Below, piece after piece: positions 60,776 to 64,000 of a stretch of DNA of 64,000 bases. The DNA comes from Rickettsiales bacterium (ex Bugula neritina AB1) (lineage in GTDB: Bacteria > Pseudomonadota > Alphaproteobacteria > CAJXXZ01 > UBA1459): positions 74,938-138,937 of the forward strand of contig MDLE01000006.1 in the NCBI GenBank assembly GCA_001730065.1, read 5' to 3'. The notes beneath the pieces are model-generated. The model searched no databases. It saw nothing but the letters and a program-made list of their open reading frames with translations, and had not been told where the DNA came from. Position 1 is the first letter of the stretch; each line of letters opens with the position of its first letter. A program made the translations under genes and the position numbers.

Positions 60776-61567
60776 ATGAATTGTATAATAAAATTATTTC
60801 TTTTATCTATTCAAATATTTTATCCTCAAAGTAATAGTATGCCTTTAACATGTTGTGTTTGTGATGAATGTTGTGGTTGTGTTTGTGATCATATAGTAAG
60901 ATACGAGTTAAAACAACAATGTTGTAATTATAGTAGTGCTATATGTTGTTTTGGTGTAATAGCATGTTGTAATACTAGAATATTTAAATGTTTAGGTTGG
61001 GCGGTATTTAATACGGTTATAATTATAGATTTTATTTCTAATATATCAGTATTTATTTTAAAAATGATTAACTTGAGTAATTTACCTACTATTAATAATT
61101 TATCACCCATATATGAAATATGTTTAGGAAATACGTTAATAGGAAAAATTAATTTTACGGTATTTGCTACTCTTGTATTTTTGAGTAAAAACTTTATACT
61201 TTTTTCTAATTTTTTTCGTGGTAAAGATATAAATGGTTTTCTAAACAACAATTGTTGTTGTAAAGATATAATGTTAAAAATTTTCACCTGTTGTAATATT
61301 GATAATAATAATCATAATTCCCATAGATATATACTAACAACTTTTATTTATTTTTTAATATCTTTATTTTTTTGTATAGGAGATATGAATCTCATCTATA
61401 ATATGTATAACAATACAAATAGTTGTAACTCTACAGTAGTTTCTTCAATTTCTTTAATGGGGTTAACGGAATATGGTAGTATTATGATTTTTTTTGGAAT
61501 AAATAGTATTTTAACATTAATATTTTCTTTTCTACAATTATTTTTTATGATTACCACACGTTTTTAA
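60776..61567 (+). CDS. hypothetical polytopic membrane protein extremely rich in Cys-Cys doublets
   Basis: 263 aa with TCCVCDECCGCVCDH, QQCCN, AICCF, IACCN, NNCCCK and FTCCN, plus several hydrophobic segments. Confidence 0.5.
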   Translation: MNCIIKLFLLSIQIFYPQSNSMPLTCCVCDECCGCVCDHIVRYELKQQCCNYSSAICCFGVIACCNTRIFKCLGWAVFNTVIIIDFISNISVFILKMINLSNLPTINNLSPIYEICLGNTLIGKINFTVFATLVFLSKNFILFSNFFRGKDINGFLNNNCCCKDIMLKIFTCCNIDNNNHNSHRYILTTFIYFLISLFFCIGDMNLIYNMYNNTNSCNSTVVSSISLMGLTEYGSIMIFFGINSILTLIFSFLQLFFMITTRF

Positions 61568-61585
61568 TAAAATTTTGCGGCGGTT

Positions 61586-61603
61586 ATTCACCCATGGGTG
61601 AAT
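61586..61603. terminator. perfect 18-nt palindrome between convergent genes (candidate bidirectional intrinsic terminator)
   Basis: ATTCACCCATGGGTGAAT is locally GC-rich and followed by a T-rich tract (cttttctttt). It lies between the stop at 61567 (+) and the murA stop at 61617 (-). Confidence 0.5.
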
Positions 61604-61616
61604 ATGATCTTTTCTT

Positions 61617-62903
61617 TTAATCTATTATAGACAAATTAGCTCCTAACTTAATTAATTTATTAATATAATCATCATAACCTCTAGATATATGATATATATC
61701 ATCAATAATAGTAGTACCTTTTATAGATAAAGCAGCCATTAATAAACTCATACCACCTCTAATATCTGTAGATTTCACTATACTATTATTAGATACATAT
61801 TCTTTTATACCATCAATAGTAACTTCATAGTTATTGTTTTCTTTTACATCAATACCTAACTTATCTAATTCTTTAATATATTGAAATCTATGAAATATAT
61901 TTTCTTTAAATACACTAGTACCTTTACCTAATCCTAATAAAGTAACTAATAGTGGACCACAATCTGTAGGAAAACCTGGAAACTCTTCTGACTCTACAAA
62001 AGATATATTTCCTATATCTTTACTTCTTTTTATATTAACAAAGGAATCTTGAAAAGTAATCATAGCACCTATCTTTGACAACAAAGAAATTCCCTTACCA
62101 CATAAATATCCTATATCATCACATTTAATAGTTATATCTCCATTAGTAATTAAACCTAAACATAAATAAGTAAATGCTTCTATCCTATCAGGAATAATAT
62201 TAATAAAATAATTTTTATTATTCTTAATACCTTTACCATTACCATAAACTACAAAGGTAGTACCATATTTTCTTATATCTACTCCAAAAGTTTTTAATGT
62301 ATTATATATAAATATAACTTCTGGTTCTATAGCACAATTATGAAAAATAGATTTACCATTTACAAAAACAGCTGTAATTAAAGCATGATAAGTTGCTCCT
62401 GTAGAGACTTTTGGAAATATATATTCTATAGGTTTTAAAATACTTGCTTTACCTATAATAAAACCATTTTCTATTTCTATAGATGCACCCATAGATTTCA
62501 ATATATCTATATGAAAATTAATAGGCCTTTCACCAATTTGATCTCCTCCTGGTAACAACATTTTAACACTACCATTAAACAAAGCTAATAAAGGACCTAA
62601 CAAATAAATACTCATTCTTAACTTTTGTACTTCTAACATATCTAACAATAGATCATTATTTATACTTATATTATTATAATCAACACTAACAGTTACATTA
62701 TTATTATCAATATTGATAATAACTCCTATATATTTCATTACAAATACAAGACTTTTTATATCTTCGATCGAAGATATAAAAAAGGAAACACTTCCACCAT
62801 CTAGAACCAAACAAGAAACAAATAATGGGAGAATTGCATTTTTACAAACGGAAATATCTACATAACCCTTCAAAGGCTTTCCGCCTACAACTTTTAACTT
62901 CAT
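61617..62903 (-). CDS. murA: UDP-N-acetylglucosamine 1-carboxyvinyltransferase (Asp in place of the catalytic-loop Cys)
   Basis: The MurA fold is conserved throughout (KLKVVGGKPLKGYVDIS..KNA.LP, LPGGDQIGERPINFHI, ATYHAL, FPGFPTD, RGYD.). Start placed at ATG 62903 rather than the TTG at 62921 used by the ORF track. Confidence 0.9.
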   Translation of the reverse strand: MKLKVVGGKPLKGYVDISVCKNAILPLFVSCLVLDGGSVSFFISSIEDIKSLVFVMKYIGVIINIDNNNVTVSVDYNNISINNDLLLDMLEVQKLRMSIYLLGPLLALFNGSVKMLLPGGDQIGERPINFHIDILKSMGASIEIENGFIIGKASILKPIEYIFPKVSTGATYHALITAVFVNGKSIFHNCAIEPEVIFIYNTLKTFGVDIRKYGTTFVVYGNGKGIKNNKNYFINIIPDRIEAFTYLCLGLITNGDITIKCDDIGYLCGKGISLLSKIGAMITFQDSFVNIKRSKDIGNISFVESEEFPGFPTDCGPLLVTLLGLGKGTSVFKENIFHRFQYIKELDKLGIDVKENNNYEVTIDGIKEYVSNNSIVKSTDIRGGMSLLMAALSIKGTTIIDDIYHISRGYDDYINKLIKLGANLSIID

Positions 62904-63015
62904 AGTTATCTTACCTTTCAAATAATTCTTATTACTTATTTATATTATATATAACAAATACTTGGTTGATTACATTTTCCTAAAAGAAAAAAAAGAGAAA
63001 AAAAGAAAATTAAGT

Positions 63016-63070
63016 TTTTTTATTGGAGACTATTTTGTTTTTTTATTGGAGACTATTTTATTGGAGACTA
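63016..63070. repeat. three direct copies of ATTGGAGACTA(TTTT) between tRNA-Ser and the murA start
   Basis: tttttATTGGAGACTAtttt (63016-63036), tttttATTGGAGACTAtttt (about 63040-63059) and ATTGGAGACTA (63060-63070) are read directly. Confidence 0.85.
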
Positions 63071-63080
63071 GACTATGCAC

Positions 63081-63165
63081 CGGAAAGAGAAGGATTCGAA
63101 CCTTCGAAGGTTTTAACCTCGCTGGTTTTCAAGACCAGTGCTTTAAGCCGCTCAGCCATCTTTCC
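63081..63165 (-). tRNA. tRNA-Ser (anticodon UGA), class II with long variable arm
   Basis: GGAAAGA/TCTTTCC acceptor, GGCTGAGCGGCTTAAAGC D-region, anticodon arm CTGGT-CTTGAAA-ACCAG, variable arm GAGGTTAAAACCTTC, T-arm GAAGG-TTCGAAT-CCTTC. Confidence 0.9.
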
Positions 63166-63270
63166 TTTTTATGGAATTTCCGTTTTGTATAACAATACTA
63201 TTGTACAGAAAAAATTTACAATTATCAACTTGTTTTTAAAAAATATTTTTGTTATAATAGTAAAAAATAT

Positions 63271-63342
63271 GTCTCCATCGTCTAGTAGTTAGGACAACAG
63301 GCTTTCAATCTGTTAACACGGGTGCAATTCCCGTTGGAGATG
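63271..63342 (+). tRNA. tRNA-Glu (anticodon UUC)
   Basis: Acceptor GTCTCCA/TGGAGAT, D-arm GTCT-AGTAGTTA-GGAC, anticodon arm ACAGG-CTTTCAA-TCTGT, T-arm ACGGG-TGCAATT-CCCGT. Confidence 0.85.
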
Positions 63343-63420
63343 ATAATAATTTTTTTTTTTTAAAAATTTTGAACTATGAGTTTTATTTTTGTAAAAATTA
63401 TTGTACAATTATAATTGTTT

Positions 63421-63492
63421 GTCTTTATAGCTCAGTAGTAGAGCATTAGCCTGAAGAGCTAAGGGTCGTTGGTGCGATGCCAACTGAAGACA
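63421..63492 (+). tRNA. tRNA-Phe (anticodon GAA)
   Basis: Acceptor GTCTTTA/TGAAGAC, D-arm GCTC-AGTAGTA-GAGC, anticodon arm TTAGC-CTGAAGA-GCTAA, T-arm GTTGG-TGCGATG-CCAAC. Confidence 0.85.
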
Positions 63493-63527
63493 CACACAAT
63501 TTTTAATTTATAATCTATGATTTATGA

Positions 63528-64000
63528 TTATTTTTTAATCTTATTTATCACTAACATAATAGATTTATATACATCTTCTATGTTTTTATTTGCGGGAATA
63601 ATATTTGTTTTATGAGGGATTAATTTTTGAAAAGATTTTACAATACTATTAGTTTCTTTGAGGTTATTATTTAAACGTGTTTTAATAATATCAATAGAAA
63701 TATCATCTTTTCTTTTTACAGTATATTTATTGCAACATTTATACAACTCTTTATAGGTGGATTGACAATCTTCACAAAACCATCTATTTAAAATACGTTG
63801 TATTAATTCATCTTCTGGCATATCAAGAAATATAACTGCATCTATAATATCTTTTCCAAAATGATCAATAAAACAATCAAACTGAGAGATAGTACGAGGA
63901 AAACCATCTATAATAACATTATCTTTAAGTTTATCTATTTCCTTAAAAAATAGGTTTCTTGCTGTTTCATCATCAATAAGTTTACCGGAGGTAATAATGT
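63528..64000 (-). CDS. adk: adenylate kinase (5' end lies beyond the window)
   Basis: The frame is open from base 64000 to the stop at 63528 (...TSGKLIDDETARNLF...VIIDGFPRTISQ...LDMPEDELIQRILNR). It includes a Cys-containing LID (CEDCQSTY...CC). The ORF-track Met at 63821 is internal. Confidence 0.85.
   Translation of the reverse strand, partial: IITSGKLIDDETARNLFFKEIDKLKDNVIIDGFPRTISQFDCFIDHFGKDIIDAVIFLDMPEDELIQRILNRWFCEDCQSTYKELYKCCNKYTVKRKDDISIDIIKTRLNNNLKETNSIVKSFQKLIPHKTNIIPANKNIEDVYKSIMLVINKIKK

Noticed and set aside
60928-61287. 119-aa minus-strand ORF
   Set aside because: It is antisense inside the Cys-rich membrane protein ORF. The plus-strand frame is longer and has coherent TM and Cys patterning.
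62904-62921. TTG start of murA used by the ORF track
   Set aside because: The ATG at 62903 gives the canonical MurA N-terminus (MKLKVVGG...). The TTG extension of 6 codons is not needed.
62962-63292. Plus-strand ORFs 62962..63192 and 63023..63292
   Set aside because: They run straight through tRNA-Ser (antisense) and into tRNA-Glu. The tRNA folds are far better supported.
1-64000. Alternative genetic code (TGA as Trp) and mobile elements
   Set aside because: Conserved genes are full-length with TGG for Trp, and TGA terminates at least the CorC-like gene at 53447-53449. I found no transposase, integrase, phage, plasmid or IS-like inverted-repeat signatures anywhere in the window.

Overview
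Extremely AT-rich (by eye about one fifth to one quarter G+C), gene-dense bacterial chromosome segment. All conserved genes read through under the standard code, and TGA is used as a stop. Content and style fit a host-restricted, reduced-genome bacterium, probably a proteobacterial Rickettsiales/Holosporales-like endosymbiont, but the taxon cannot be fixed from this window. No transposase, integrase, phage gene or CRISPR array was seen.

Conserved genes:
- Replication and repair: dnaE, priA, ssb, ruvAB, a UvrD-like helicase.
- Proteostasis and secretion: clpX, lon, yidC, lepB.
- Translation and RNA: glyQ, valS, rpmF, rnc, ybeY, nusA, nusB, der, rlmE, an rlmB-like gene, trmL, sua5, adk.
- RNA genes: rnpB, 5S rRNA and 8 tRNAs.
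- Peptidoglycan and division: murA, murC, murD, ddl, murJ, a SEDS protein, an M23 peptidase, and ftsQ-like and ftsA-like genes. These are complete but scattered.

Between these lie many lineage-specific ORFs with signal peptides or transmembrane segments.

Most notable observations:
1. A five-gene tandem array of one secreted paralog family (46.8-50.7 kb), duplicated together with its upstream DNA.
2. A strict D-loop A18 / T-loop G55 covariation in four of the eight tRNAs.
3. A single 713-aa ORF made of two complete D-Ala-D-Ala ligase modules.
4. A secreted coiled-coil protein built from 84-bp repeats and broken by a 29-nt deletion.
5. A membrane transporter gene split at an A15 homopolymer.
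6. An unannotated 53-codon ORF encoding a free-standing ClpX-type zinc finger.
7. A solitary 5S rRNA gene.
8. MurA with Asp at the fosfomycin-target Cys position.

All functional calls rest on motifs I recognised by eye. No database search was run.
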